Positions 35,183 through 45,340 of a stretch of DNA of 64,000 nt are shown piece after piece (positions within the stretch are counted from its first letter, which is position 1; each line of letters starts with the position of its first letter). Source of the stretch: Gammaproteobacteria bacterium (GTDB taxonomy: Bacteria; Pseudomonadota; Gammaproteobacteria; CBDDKY01); contig CBDDKY010000003.1 in the NCBI GenBank assembly GCA_965230455.1, forward strand, positions 110,948-174,947, in the 5' to 3' direction. The translations under genes were made by a program, and so were the position numbers. A model generated the notes under the pieces. It worked only from the letters and a program-made list of their open reading frames with translations. It was not told the origin of the DNA and searched no databases.

Positions 35183-36502
35183 ATGAGCAATGAAACACCC
35201 AGCTTGGCTAAACCAATAACCCAACAAGCCACCTTATTTGAGCGAGCTAAAGCCTTTATTCCAGGTGGGGTTAACTCGCCGGTGAGAGCCTTTGGCGGTG
35301 TCGGCGGAACGCCTGTTTTTTTTCAGCGGGCAGAGGGTGCTTATCTCTTTGATGTAGAAGGAAAATCCTATATTGACTATGTGGGTTCCTGGGGACCCAT
35401 GATATTAGGGCATGCGTACCCTGAAGTCATTCAAGCTGTGCAAAAGACAGCGACTAATAGTTTAAGCTTTGGAGCTCCAACGGCTTTAGAGGTTGATTTA
35501 GCAGAGAAAATTTGCACCTTGATGCCAAATATCGAGCAAGTGCGTATGGTCAACTCTGGTACTGAAGCAACCATGTCAGCCATTCGTCTGGCGAGAGGGT
35601 TTACTGGGCGTTCCAAAATCATTAAATTTGAAGGCTGCTATCATGGCCATTCTGATGCACTGTTGGTCAAAGCAGGCTCTGGAGGGCTTACCTTTGGTGT
35701 GCCTAATTCGGCTGGCGTTCCCTCCAGCACAGTGGAACACACATTAACAGCAACCTTCAATGATTTGAGCAGCGTAGAAGCTTTATTCCAACAAGCGGGG
35801 GCTGATATTGCAGCCATCATCATCGAACCCATTGCGGGGAATATGAATTGCATTCCTGCTGACCCCGATTTTCTCATGGGTCTCAGAACGTTATGTAATG
35901 AAAATGAAAGTTTACTGATTTTTGATGAAGTAATGACTGGCTTTCGTGTGGCTTTAGGTGGTGCTCAAGCTCTCTACGGTATTAAGCCTGACATAACGAC
36001 ATTGGGTAAAGTTATTGGTGGTGGCATGCCGGTGGGTGCCTTTGGTGGACGCAAAGCCATCATGGAGAAACTATCTCCGTTAGGGCCCGTCTATCAAGCG
36101 GGCACGTTGTCTGGAAACCCTGTGGCGATGGCAGCGGGGTTAGCCACCTTAAACACTATTAGTCAACCAGGTTTTTTTGAAACAATAACAAAGCAATGCA
36201 AACAATTGACCCTTGGATTATCCCAAATAGCTAAAGAAAAAGGTATTCCCTTTTGCACTAATCAAGTGGGCGGTATGTTTGGCTTTTTCTTCTCGGATGA
36301 AGCTCCCATCAGCCAATTTGCACAGGTAGAACGCTGTGACGGGAAGCGCTTTCGGCAGTTTTTCCATGGCATGCTAGAACAAGGCGTCTACCTCGCACCT
36401 TCAGCTTTTGAAGCCGGATTTATCTCCAATGCACATAGCGATGAGATTATCAATAAGACCTTAGAAGCGGCTGCTGTTGTTTTTGATTCATTAATAAATT
36501 AG
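35183..36502 (+). CDS. hemL: Glutamate-1-semialdehyde 2,1-aminomutase
   Basis: 439 aa class III aminotransferase with hallmark [13 protein letters not shown] and a PLP lysine in [10 protein letters not shown]. Confidence 0.95.
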   Translation: MSNETPSLAKPITQQATLFERAKAFIPGGVNSPVRAFGGVGGTPVFFQRAEGAYLFDVEGKSYIDYVGSWGPMILGHAYPEVIQAVQKTATNSLSFGAPTALEVDLAEKICTLMPNIEQVRMVNSGTEATMSAIRLARGFTGRSKIIKFEGCYHGHSDALLVKAGSGGLTFGVPNSAGVPSSTVEHTLTATFNDLSSVEALFQQAGADIAAIIIEPIAGNMNCIPADPDFLMGLRTLCNENESLLIFDEVMTGFRVALGGAQALYGIKPDITTLGKVIGGGMPVGAFGGRKAIMEKLSPLGPVYQAGTLSGNPVAMAAGLATLNTISQPGFFETITKQCKQLTLGLSQIAKEKGIPFCTNQVGGMFGFFFSDEAPISQFAQVERCDGKRFRQFFHGMLEQGVYLAPSAFEAGFISNAHSDEIINKTLEAAAVVFDSLIN

Positions 36503-36619
36503 GGCGTGCCATCAAATCAATCAATTGTTCATCGTTAACCTGAGTCCGACATAAGAACGGCTAAAACCTGCGATAAATCCAGGGGAACGGTGTTCAACAA
36601 CTCGGCCGTTCGCTCCCGA

Positions 36620-36890
36620 GATTGTCTCCTGGTTTGATTTCGCCTACGCGGGTTTCCCGCGTAGGCTCCCAAAGGGGAAAATTGCATTTTTCCCCTGCCT
36701 GTGCCCCCTTGGGTACCTGTGCCCCCTTGGGTATGGAAACCCCATCGCCTTTGCCTCGGGGGCTAGCCCCCGAGATTTCTCACTTTTAACCTAAATTCCG
36801 CTGTTGAAATCTACTGCGGAATTTAGGTTAAAAGCTCAAAAAAATACTCGCATTCGCGGTGCTAGTACTGCGTTTTTTTGAGCTTTTGCC
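36620..36890. repeat. Composite hairpin-rich intergenic repeats: family C-like segment, 42-bp mini-palindrome made of two family A termini, and a long A/T-flanked hairpin
   Basis: tgatttcgcctacgcgggtttcccgcgtaggc...aaggggaaaattgcatttttcccctg; aacctaaattccgctgttgaaatctactgcggaatttaggtt; aaaagctcaaaaaaatactcgcattcgcggtgctagtactgcgtttttttgagctttt. Confidence 0.55.
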
Positions 36891-37017
36891 TTGTCCCCCT
36901 GGATTTCTCTGGGTTTTACCACCTTCTTATGTCGAGCCCAGGTTAGTTACCCCAATAGAATGGCAGTAAGTATACCCAACAACGGGAAAAATGAAAGGTA
37001 CACCTTGATCCTAAAAT

Positions 37018-37186
37018 CCTCAGTTGAAATCTACTGCGGCCGCCTAACTCACCGAATCTAAAGGATTTTTCTCAATATTTTTTATTCACCGTATGGGTGA
37101 TACGCTTTCACAAAAAATATTGAGAAAAATCCTTTATCTTCAGCAACTAAGTCGGCCTCGCGACGATTTCAACTGAGGATTTTAGG
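37018..37186. repeat. MITE family A, copy 3
   Basis: Near-identical to copy 1 (gatcctaaaatcctcagttgaaatctactgcggccgcc...gatttcaactgaggattttagg). Confidence 0.7.
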
Positions 37187-37314
37187 TTGATGAATGTACT
37201 TGTGCATTCAGCAGGCGTACCTTCACCACACGGAATGATCGAATGATCCAGCACGCACGGTCAGCAATTCAAGATAAATTGCCACCCGCGGCCACAAACA
37301 GACTGTTGGATAGG

Positions 37315-37551
37315 TTATTTAAACTTTGTGTTCTCAACAAACTCAACGTACATACCACATCTTCCCGTAACGGCATTATAAGCTCTGGGATCGTACTTTC
37401 TAAGCTTTAATTTGCCGTTGGCGTAACGGCCACTGGCGGCAAGATTCGCTTTGCAACGGCGTGTTACTTTAAAGTAGCCTGTCGGTTTACCACTTTTCGT
37501 TTTACCTGTGGAATTAAGGCGGATGATGTCACTATTGCGCTTCTTAGCCAT
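37315..37551 (-). CDS. rpmG: 50S ribosomal protein L33, long form
   Basis: MAKK..IRLNSTGKT..GYFKVT...KLKLRKYDP parallels L33 (MAKGIREKIKLVS..GHFYTTT..KLELRKFDP) with a ~20-aa internal extension. Immediately downstream of rpmB, as in many bacteria. Confidence 0.65.
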   Translation of the reverse strand: MAKKRNSDIIRLNSTGKTKSGKPTGYFKVTRRCKANLAASGRYANGKLKLRKYDPRAYNAVTGRCGMYVEFVENTKFK

Positions 37552-37561
37552 GGTCTACCCC

Positions 37562-37807
37562 TTATTTAGCCTTTTTTTTCTCTTTTCGAAGCGCTGCCAT
37601 CGCCAAGGCTGCTTCAATACCTAGTTTATCAATAATGCGCATGGCTTTGGCGCTAACACGCAATTTAATAAAACGCTTTTGTGCTTCTAACCAAAAACGG
37701 TGCTCATGCAAATTAGGAACGAAGCGACGCTTGGTTTTATTGTTGGCGTGGGATACGTTATTACCCGTTATCACACGTTTGCCTGTTATTTGGCACTCTC
37801 GAGACAT
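37562..37807 (-). CDS. rpmB: 50S ribosomal protein L28
   Basis: [53 protein letters not shown] is near-collinear with L28. Confidence 0.9.
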   Translation of the reverse strand: MSRECQITGKRVITGNNVSHANNKTKRRFVPNLHEHRFWLEAQKRFIKLRVSAKAMRIIDKLGIEAALAMAALRKEKKKAK

Positions 37808-37924
37808 GGTTTAACTCCAAACTGTATTTAAATTGTTCACACGGGCAGAGACTCTAATCGCCTTTATACCGCTATCTCATCATGTAGCCAGACTTTATAT
37901 CAAAAATTGGGGCATAATGCAATC

Positions 37925-38599
37925 TTATAGCATCCTCCGCTGCGCAAAAGAAGAGCATGCTTCGGCTCCCACAATGATATGGTCCAATACCTCCACATCA
38001 ATGGCCCGTAATGCCTGCTTGAGATACTGGGTCGTTGATTTATCCATCTCGCTAGGCTCGCTACTTCCACCAGGGTGATTATGGGCCAAAATAACCGATG
38101 CCGCATTGAAAAATAAGGCTTTTTTGATAACTTCGCGGGGATGAATAGCTGTCTGCTGTAAGGTGCCTCTAAACAAAATTTGAAAATCAATCAGTCGATG
38201 CTGTGAATTGAGGAATAACAGTCCAAATACCTCATAGGCAAGCGGCCGCAATTGACTGATTAAAAAATGCTCTACCTCCCGCGCACTTTGGCAGCTAATG
38301 CCTTGCTCTAGACCTTGCTTTAAGTGGCGGCGCTGGATTTCGAGGATGGCTTGCCATTGTATGTATTTTGTTTCTCCTAACCCTTTTATTGCACAAAAGC
38401 GTGACTCATCGGCCGAAAAAATGCCCGACAGTCCCCCACAATGGGCGATGAGTTCCCTCGCTAAATCAATGGCACTTTTACCTCTAACACCAGACCCCAA
38501 AAAAATTGCCAATAGCTCAATATCTGTGAGGTTGTGAGCCCCAAAGCGCCTTAATTTTTCCCGTGGTCTTTCTGTTGCAGGCCAATTTGTTATCGTCAT
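37925..38599 (-). CDS. radC: RadC-like JAB/MPN domain protein (UPF0758)
   Basis: N-terminal HhH (RPREKL..GAHNLTDIELLAIFLGSG) and JAMM motif ILAHNHPGGSSEPSEMD. Confidence 0.85.
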   Translation of the reverse strand: MTITNWPATERPREKLRRFGAHNLTDIELLAIFLGSGVRGKSAIDLARELIAHCGGLSGIFSADESRFCAIKGLGETKYIQWQAILEIQRRHLKQGLEQGISCQSAREVEHFLISQLRPLAYEVFGLLFLNSQHRLIDFQILFRGTLQQTAIHPREVIKKALFFNAASVILAHNHPGGSSEPSEMDKSTTQYLKQALRAIDVEVLDHIIVGAEACSSFAQRRML

Positions 38600-38665
38600 A
38601 TTTTTGTTTTATGATGAAAGCAGCAGCATACATTAAATTCTATAATACATTTTTTAAAAATTCAA

Positions 38666-39121
38666 ATGAAAACCATCCACGTTAAACAATTAGACCCTCG
38701 TATTGGTCATGAAATACCTCTCCCACAATACGCCACTGAAGGCTCAGCGGGCCTCGACCTGCGGGCCTGTTTAGATGAACCACTGCTACTAGCACCCAAA
38801 GAGACAGAACTTATTCCTACAGGCCTTGCCATTCATATTGATGATCCTGGGCTCGCCGCGGTTATTTTGCCTCGTTCTGGCCTAGGGCATAAACACGGTC
38901 TTGTTTTGGGAAATTTGGTAGGATTAATTGATTCTGATTATCAAGGACCACTGATGATCTCTGCCTGGAACCGCAGCAACACCGCCTTTACTATCGAACC
39001 TGGCGTTCGTCTCGCACAGCTTGTCTTTGTACCCATTATTGCTGTGCAACTAGAACAGGTAAATGAATTTACAACCACGCGGCGCGGTGAGGGAGGCTTT
39101 GGTTCCTCAGGATTGACATAA
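38666..39121 (+). CDS. dut: dUTP diphosphatase
   Basis: 151 aa. [16 protein letters not shown] and IDSDYQG motifs of trimeric dUTPase. Confidence 0.9.
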   Translation: MKTIHVKQLDPRIGHEIPLPQYATEGSAGLDLRACLDEPLLLAPKETELIPTGLAIHIDDPGLAAVILPRSGLGHKHGLVLGNLVGLIDSDYQGPLMISAWNRSNTAFTIEPGVRLAQLVFVPIIAVQLEQVNEFTTTRRGEGGFGSSGLT

Positions 39122-39125
39122 CCCT

Positions 39126-40100
39126 ATGTCATGCGTCAACCTTTTTGCCATTGCCTCCAGGCTGTTATTAGGTTTGATCCTCAATACGCTACCCATAACA
39201 GCCTTTGCAACCTTCAGCCTCAAAGGTCGACTCGATGCTGCTCCTGCCTCGCAACAACCCCCATCAGGGCCTGTCATCCATATCAGCAATGAACCCACGC
39301 CGCCTCTTGCGCCCATTATAAAGGTTACACCCAAAAGCTATCCTCTCGGCCCGGCTCATTCAGCCAGCAACATCATTAAAGTCGTCAAAGACAGCGCTTA
39401 TCCCATTAGCGTACATCGCGGTGCTTGGCATAACAATGTCATTCGGTCTGAACCGGGCAACGCACCACAAAAAAAACCACCTCCCCTTGGCCCACCTTTG
39501 CGTCTCACGGCCCAACAAGGTGTGCTAATGACTCATTTACTCAAACAAACCAAAAGGCTGCGGCCTCGAGTCCTCGCCTTGGCCTTGACCGCTTACCAAA
39601 AAGCACGCCAACACGGCTTAGATAAAAAAGAAATTTTAACCATTGTTGATTTTTCAAAACCTTCTTCTAAAAAGCGTCTCTGGGTTTTAGATTTAAAACA
39701 TCAAAAATTACTGTTTGAACAATGGGTGGCCCATGGTTATGCCAGCGGCCGACAAAACTATGCCTTACGCTTTTCTAACCGTATTAATAGTCATGAATCT
39801 AGCATTGGCCTTTATCGCACCGGGGGATCTTATGTGGGAAAACTTGGCTACTCCATGCGTTTGTATGGTTTAGAAAAAGGCTTTAATAATAATGCTTATG
39901 TTCGGGATATTGTTTTTCATGGCTCAAATTACGTAACCCCCAAATTTCTCGCTTATCATGGGCGCATCGGTCATACGTGGGGGTGCTTCGGATTAAGCCC
40001 TCACTTTATTAAGCCCATCGTAAATACCATTCGGCATGATACGCTGGTTTTTGCTTACTTTCCTGAAAAAAGCTGGCTTACGCAGTCGCATTACCTATAA
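39126..40100 (+). CDS. Secreted L,D-transpeptidase (YkuD) domain protein; EnhA-like possibility
   Basis: Signal peptide, Pro-rich linker, C-terminal HGS..//..IGHTWGCFGL resembling the YkuD catalytic His/Gly-Cys motif. Confidence 0.5.
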   Translation: MSCVNLFAIASRLLLGLILNTLPITAFATFSLKGRLDAAPASQQPPSGPVIHISNEPTPPLAPIIKVTPKSYPLGPAHSASNIIKVVKDSAYPISVHRGAWHNNVIRSEPGNAPQKKPPPLGPPLRLTAQQGVLMTHLLKQTKRLRPRVLALALTAYQKARQHGLDKKEILTIVDFSKPSSKKRLWVLDLKHQKLLFEQWVAHGYASGRQNYALRFSNRINSHESSIGLYRTGGSYVGKLGYSMRLYGLEKGFNNNAYVRDIVFHGSNYVTPKFLAYHGRIGHTWGCFGLSPHFIKPIVNTIRHDTLVFAYFPEKSWLTQSHYL

Positions 40101-40107
40101 CTGTCTT

Positions 40108-40320
40108 TAACCTAAAATCAGCAGTAAATCGCGCTTTTTTGGTCTAACAGATTGATTTAGATCAGGAATCCTCTGTTTAGGGCCTGTTGGCAGCTCATTT
40201 TTGCAAGCGACAAGCGAAATTTGAAAGGACGCAAATCTGCACCCGCTTTATTCAAATTGCAGCGTAAAAATGACTGCTCAACAGCCCCTAACCTAAAACC
40301 AGCAATAAATCACTTTTTAG
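40108..40320. repeat. Degenerate MITE family B remnant (left half plus divergent terminus)
   Basis: aacctaaaatcagcagtaaatcgcgcttttttggtctaacagattgatttaga at 40108, and cctaaaaccagcaataaatcac at ~40290. Confidence 0.45.
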
Positions 40321-40322
40321 GT

Positions 40323-41042
40323 TTACGCTTCTTGTTTCGTGGGGCCAATGACAATTTCACGCACACAAACACGTTGCGGCATGCTGTAGGCAAAGTACAT
40401 ACTCTCAGCAATATCCTCCGGCAATAAAGGCTCGATGGTTGCTTTCCAGTCTTTATAACCAGACTTAATGTCTTCAGAGGTTGTATGGCCTAACAATTCT
40501 GTTTCCACAACCCCAGGCGCAATAGTCACGAGACGCACGTTACTGCTGGCCACTTCTTCACGAATATTTTCTGTGAGTGCATGAACGGCAAACTTTGTTG
40601 CGCAATAAGCTGCATGGCTGGGAAAAGTCTTACGACCGGCAATGGAACTTACATTGATAATCGTACCACTCTGACGCGCCATCATGCCCTGTAAAACAGT
40701 TTGAATACCATTCAACACGCCCATCACGTTGACATTAAGCATGCTTTGCCACTCTTTGGGGCTTTGCTCATGAATCTGTCCTAACAACATAACGCCAGCA
40801 TTGTTCACCAATACATCGGTGGGACCATACAATGCTTCTGCCTCTGCAATGGCTTTTTGTATGGCGTCAATATCGGTCACGTCAACTTTTGCACACAGCG
40901 TATTGGGTAGATCCAACGCTGTTAAACGTTCCACACGACGCGCCAATAATAATAGGGGGTGGCCTTTGCCGGAAAAAAGCCGTGCGACTGCTTCGCCAAT
41001 GCCTGAACTTGCACCTGTAATTACAATAAGTGGTTTATCCAT
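40323..41042 (-). CDS. SDR family NAD(P)-dependent oxidoreductase
   Basis: TGASSGIG cofactor motif, NNAG, catalytic Y..K (YCATKFAV). Confidence 0.85.
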   Translation of the reverse strand: MDKPLIVITGASSGIGEAVARLFSGKGHPLLLLARRVERLTALDLPNTLCAKVDVTDIDAIQKAIAEAEALYGPTDVLVNNAGVMLLGQIHEQSPKEWQSMLNVNVMGVLNGIQTVLQGMMARQSGTIINVSSIAGRKTFPSHAAYCATKFAVHALTENIREEVASSNVRLVTIAPGVVETELLGHTTSEDIKSGYKDWKATIEPLLPEDIAESMYFAYSMPQRVCVREIVIGPTKQEA

Positions 41043-41157
41043 AACTGTTCTCTTTTTTTAGTTGAAATCTGTTGGAAACCCAACGGCTGAAAAAGCATAC
41101 TACATTTTGTAGGGCAACTCAAAAATTGAATATGCTCAGCAAAACTGAGCATATTCA

Positions 41158-41338
41158 ACCTAAATTCCGCAGTTGAAATCGTCGCGAGGCCGACTAAGCC
41201 GCTGAAGATAAAGGATTTTTTTTCATCTTTTTTGTGAAAGCGTATCACCCATACGGTGAATAAAAAAGATGGAAAAAAATCCTTTAGATTCGGTGAGTTA
41301 GGCGGCCTCGCGACGATTTCAACTGCGGAATTTAGGTT
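41158..41338. repeat. MITE family A, copy 4 (ccgcag variant termini)
   Basis: aacctaaattccgcagttgaaatcgtcgcgaggccgac...cgacgatttcaactgcggaatttaggtt. Confidence 0.7.
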
Positions 41339-41377
41339 CAACCAGGAGAACACTTCCTGCCGGAAGTCTAGACGTGG

Positions 41378-43663
41378 TTATTCAATCTCGCAAGCACCGC
41401 CGGCGCAAGCTAATTCCTTTTTCACTTCCGTTTCATCACGTTTTTCATAGGCAGCAATTTTACCGTAATCTACATGCTCAAAACGCTCTTTGAGCGCTAA
41501 GTAACGTGCTTCATCAATTTCCTCATAGGGAGGCAACTGATAAACATGCTGCTGGCGAGGAAGGAAAGATAAACCACCAATAATATCCCAATGGCTGTAA
41601 AGCCAATTGGCAACGGCTATCCATTCATTTTCACCCACAGAAATAGTCACGGAAGGATTATGCTCGGTGAAATTTTCTTTAACCACTTTCCAGTGATTCA
41701 ATTGGTCTAAAGCACTTAAGTCGTCTTTATAAATAGCGCCTTCCGGTGCTTTCACCGGAAAATCGATAACAAATGTCGTTGCATCTTCTTCTGTTTGCCC
41801 CACTTCTGGATGGTAAGGAACCTGTTGGTCTTTTAACATCTTAAATAGCGCATCCGTGGCTGAAATACGAATGCGACGAATATGATAAGGTGAATGACGT
41901 GGATGCATACCGGAAGCACAGTCTACCGTTTGTGACACTGTACCCGATGGCTTCACACACGTTGTACAAGTAGAAGCATTAATACCAAAACGCTTACTAT
42001 AAAATTCATTCGCCTCGATGGTGGCTTTTCGTAAGCGCTGCAACACGTCAGGCTGTCTTGCGGCTTCACAATCCCATTGGCCTGTGACAGAAACACCCAG
42101 CAAACGTTCTGCTTCACAGTTTTTTTGCCAAGCTTCAGACAAATAAGGAAACTTCGTCAGTGACGACTGGTAGGTTCCAAGTAAGGTTGCTACACGAATT
42201 TTGCGTAACAATGTGGCTTCGTCATCGTCAGCGCGCGCAACCACTTCTGATAAATTACAAAATTGCTTAGATTGCAAAATAATTTCCGCACAAGGATTGG
42301 TGCCAATAATACCGGTAATGCGTCCACCTTGCATAAGTCCTGCCTCTTTTAAAACGCTCAAGCGACGTTCAGGCAAGGTTTTGACTAAGCTGCCACGGTT
42401 AAAAATACCACGCTCACCAGAGCCACCTTTCATTAAGGATAACCATTCATCCAGAAAAACGGTATTGCTGGGCTTTTCTTCATACACCGCCGAGTTATTG
42501 GCCATACAACGCTGTGGTTCTGTATAGTAGAATTGGCCACTTTTAGCGTCACGCATGGCGTAATCGTCTAAGTCGGAAAGCGAAATCATCGCACTACGAC
42601 GCACACCACCGGATACAACCACCTCACCAATTTTACATAAAATATCATGGGCGTTGAGGTTAGTTAAACGGCGTCCTTGGCGAGACAAAATCACAGAGCG
42701 CGAGAACTCTAATAACGAACGTAAAGGATCAGGACCTGAGCTTTTCCCACCCATGGTTTTTAAGCGCGCGCCCGCTGGACGAAGTTGGCTGTAATCAAAC
42801 TCAATGTCGTCACCATTAAACCACGTTTCTAGACCTAAAAGTAACGCATCACACCAGCCTTCTTTACTGTCATCCACTACATGGGTCGGTAACTTTTTAC
42901 CGCTTTGGATTTTAATTTGTGGGAGTGCTTGAATGTTTTGGCTTTCCACTGAAAAACCCACACCCGAACCGCACATAGAGACATACATGACTTCCGCAAA
43001 ATCACGCAATGCTGTGGGCGCAATAAAAGAACAATTATAGGCGCAGACACTAGACGCACGCGCTGCCGGACCTGCAAATTGCAAAAGACGCATAGAAGGC
43101 ATAACTTCTTGGTTTAAAATAGCTTGGCGTACTTCAGCATATTCTTCGGCGGATAATTTATCGCCTAAGTTTTCTTGCATAAAATCCACATAGCGCTGCA
43201 CAGTCTCTATCCAGGTTTCACGACGGCCTTCGCTTTCAATCCAACGCGCGTAAGTGCGCAAATAAACAAACTCATTCAATTCATTACGAAAATACTGTTT
43301 ACTTTCTTCGGCAAGTTTTTTCACATGTTCTGGCACGTGCATTTCTTTTGCGCGTCGTTCTGCCTGTTTTTGACGATATAAAATATAGGCTTTTGCCGTC
43401 TCGGCAAAATTACGTTGAATGAGCTCTTTTTCTACAGCGTCCTGTACCCCTTCTACATTCGGTGTAAAATTACGATGGCTGGCTTTAATGGTCAATAAAT
43501 CATCCTGGATACAATAAGCAATATTTTCGGCATCTTTACGAGAACCTTCTCCCGTAGCCGCCATGGCATTAAAGATTGCATCAACAATGCGCGTTACATC
43601 GAAGTTAACTAAAGCACCGTCACGTTTATGAATTTCTACGAGGGGTTGAGGTTGTTCAGACAT
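41378..43663 (-). CDS. nrdJ: Adenosylcobalamin-dependent ribonucleotide reductase (class II, NrdJ-type) with N-terminal ATP-cone
   Basis: 761 aa. ATP-cone (VIKRDGALVNFDVTRI-type). Active-site TNPCAEIIL characteristic of class II RNR. C-terminal Cys pair CAGGACEIE. Confidence 0.8.
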   Translation of the reverse strand: MSEQPQPLVEIHKRDGALVNFDVTRIVDAIFNAMAATGEGSRKDAENIAYCIQDDLLTIKASHRNFTPNVEGVQDAVEKELIQRNFAETAKAYILYRQKQAERRAKEMHVPEHVKKLAEESKQYFRNELNEFVYLRTYARWIESEGRRETWIETVQRYVDFMQENLGDKLSAEEYAEVRQAILNQEVMPSMRLLQFAGPAARASSVCAYNCSFIAPTALRDFAEVMYVSMCGSGVGFSVESQNIQALPQIKIQSGKKLPTHVVDDSKEGWCDALLLGLETWFNGDDIEFDYSQLRPAGARLKTMGGKSSGPDPLRSLLEFSRSVILSRQGRRLTNLNAHDILCKIGEVVVSGGVRRSAMISLSDLDDYAMRDAKSGQFYYTEPQRCMANNSAVYEEKPSNTVFLDEWLSLMKGGSGERGIFNRGSLVKTLPERRLSVLKEAGLMQGGRITGIIGTNPCAEIILQSKQFCNLSEVVARADDDEATLLRKIRVATLLGTYQSSLTKFPYLSEAWQKNCEAERLLGVSVTGQWDCEAARQPDVLQRLRKATIEANEFYSKRFGINASTCTTCVKPSGTVSQTVDCASGMHPRHSPYHIRRIRISATDALFKMLKDQQVPYHPEVGQTEEDATTFVIDFPVKAPEGAIYKDDLSALDQLNHWKVVKENFTEHNPSVTISVGENEWIAVANWLYSHWDIIGGLSFLPRQQHVYQLPPYEEIDEARYLALKERFEHVDYGKIAAYEKRDETEVKKELACAGGACEIE

Positions 43664-43704
43664 TAGCGTTCCCTTATTAATTAGCTAAAAAGTGCGTTGT
43701 TGCT

Positions 43705-43757
43705 AAATACAATATCTGGTATTTCTCTTACTGTCAAGACACTATATGTGGTATTTT
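43705..43757. promoter_or_regulatory. Two NrdR-box-like repeats spaced ~32 bp upstream of nrdJ
   Basis: acaatatctggtattt (43709-43724) and cactatatgtggtattt (43740-43756), about three helical turns apart in the nrdJ-fba divergent promoter region. Confidence 0.4.
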
Positions 43758-43877
43758 TTAGTATAGCACACCTCAATTTGACCCTTGACAAAAACACTGA
43801 AAATGTTATGAAAACAACCATGGCCTAGCAAGGCTATCTCCTGTTATAATCAGTCCTGAATTTGCCCCAATGACTAT

Positions 43878-44954
43878 ATGGAGAAAACCATGGCTCTTAT
43901 TTCTATGCGCCAATTGCTTGATCACGCAGCAGAACACAACTACGGTGTTCCCGCCTTTAATGTGAATAATCTTGAACAAATGCAGGCCATTATGGAAGCG
44001 GCTCACGCCACAGACAGCCCCGTCATTGTACAAGCATCAGCCGGTGCACGTACCTATGCCGGCCCTGAATTTTTGCGGCATTTGATTTTGGCTGCCACAG
44101 AAGCTTATCCCCATATTCCTGTCTGTATGCATCAAGATCACGGCGCATCGCCTGCCATTTGTCAACGCTCTATTCAGTTAGGCTTTTCTTCCGTCATGAT
44201 GGATGGCTCACTCAAAGAAGACATGAAAACGCCAAGTGATTACAATTATAACGTCGATGTCACACGCCGCACTGTGGAAATGGCTCACGCCTGTGGGGTC
44301 TCTGTGGAAGGCGAACTGGGCTGCTTAGGTTCTTTGGAAACCGGTAAAGCTGGCGAGGAAGACGGTTCCGGTGCTGAAGGTGTCTTAAGCCATGAACAGT
44401 TATTAACTGACCCCGATGAAGCGGCTAACTTTGTCCGTGATACGCAAGTAGATGCCCTGGCCATTGCCATTGGTACAAGTCACGGTGCTTACAAATTCAC
44501 CCGCCCACCTACGGGAGATGTATTAGCCATTGACCGTATCAAAGCCATTCATGCACGCATTCCCGATACTCATTTGGTGATGCATGGCTCTTCAGCGGTT
44601 CCTCAAGACTGGTTGGCCATTATTAATGAATACGGTGGTGAAATGGGTGAAACCTATGGCGTTCCCGTAGAAGAATGCCAAGAAGGCATCAAGCATGGTG
44701 TTAGAAAAATCAACATTGATACGGATTTGCGCATGGCATCCACTGGCGCTATTCGTCGTTATTTGGCTAAAAACCCAACAGTCTTTGACCCACGCAAATA
44801 TTTAGACGCAGCCAAAAGCGCTATGTCTGATATCTGTAAAAATCGTTATGAAGCCTTTGGCACAGCAGGACAAGCCCATAAAATAAAAGTCATTAGCTTA
44901 GACAACATGCACACCAGATACACATCAGGTGAACTAGACCCACAAGTGCGCTAG
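43878..44954 (+). CDS. fba: Class II fructose-bisphosphate aldolase
   Basis: 358 aa. Class II FBA motifs ([29 protein letters not shown]). Confidence 0.9.
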   Translation: MEKTMALISMRQLLDHAAEHNYGVPAFNVNNLEQMQAIMEAAHATDSPVIVQASAGARTYAGPEFLRHLILAATEAYPHIPVCMHQDHGASPAICQRSIQLGFSSVMMDGSLKEDMKTPSDYNYNVDVTRRTVEMAHACGVSVEGELGCLGSLETGKAGEEDGSGAEGVLSHEQLLTDPDEAANFVRDTQVDALAIAIGTSHGAYKFTRPPTGDVLAIDRIKAIHARIPDTHLVMHGSSAVPQDWLAIINEYGGEMGETYGVPVEECQEGIKHGVRKINIDTDLRMASTGAIRRYLAKNPTVFDPRKYLDAAKSAMSDICKNRYEAFGTAGQAHKIKVISLDNMHTRYTSGELDPQVR

Positions 44955-44974
44955 CAAGTAATCGGGCATCAAAG

Positions 44975-45005
44975 AGGAGAGTAGGCCAAGCCCCTCTCCT
45001 TTTTG
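44975..45005 (+). terminator. Rho-independent terminator after fba
   Basis: aaagaggagagtaggccaagcccctctcctttttgatg forms a stem followed by a T-tract. Confidence 0.55.
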
Positions 45006-45074
45006 ATGATCAAAATTCAACCTAAAACTCAAACGCTACGGGTATACATTGCGCAATATGGGGGTCACTTCATG

Positions 45075-45255
45075 ATCCTAAATTCCGCAGTTGAAATCTA
45101 CTGCGGCCGCCTAACTCACCGAATCTAAAGGATTTTTTTCCATCTTTTTTATTCACCGTATGGGTGATACGCTTTCACAAAAAAGATGGAAAAAAATCCT
45201 TTAGATTCGGTGAGTTAGTCAGCCTCGCGACGATTTCAACTGCGGAATTTAGGAT
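45075..45255. repeat. MITE family A, copy 5
   Basis: atcctaaattccgcagttgaaatctactgcggccgcc...gatttcaactgcggaatttaggat. Confidence 0.7.
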
Positions 45256-45340
45256 GATTGTGGATAAGAATATCCTGCTGAGATTACAGGTGATTTTTTT
45301 TAAGTTATAGTGCCGTGTTAATAACGCTAACACATTGAAG

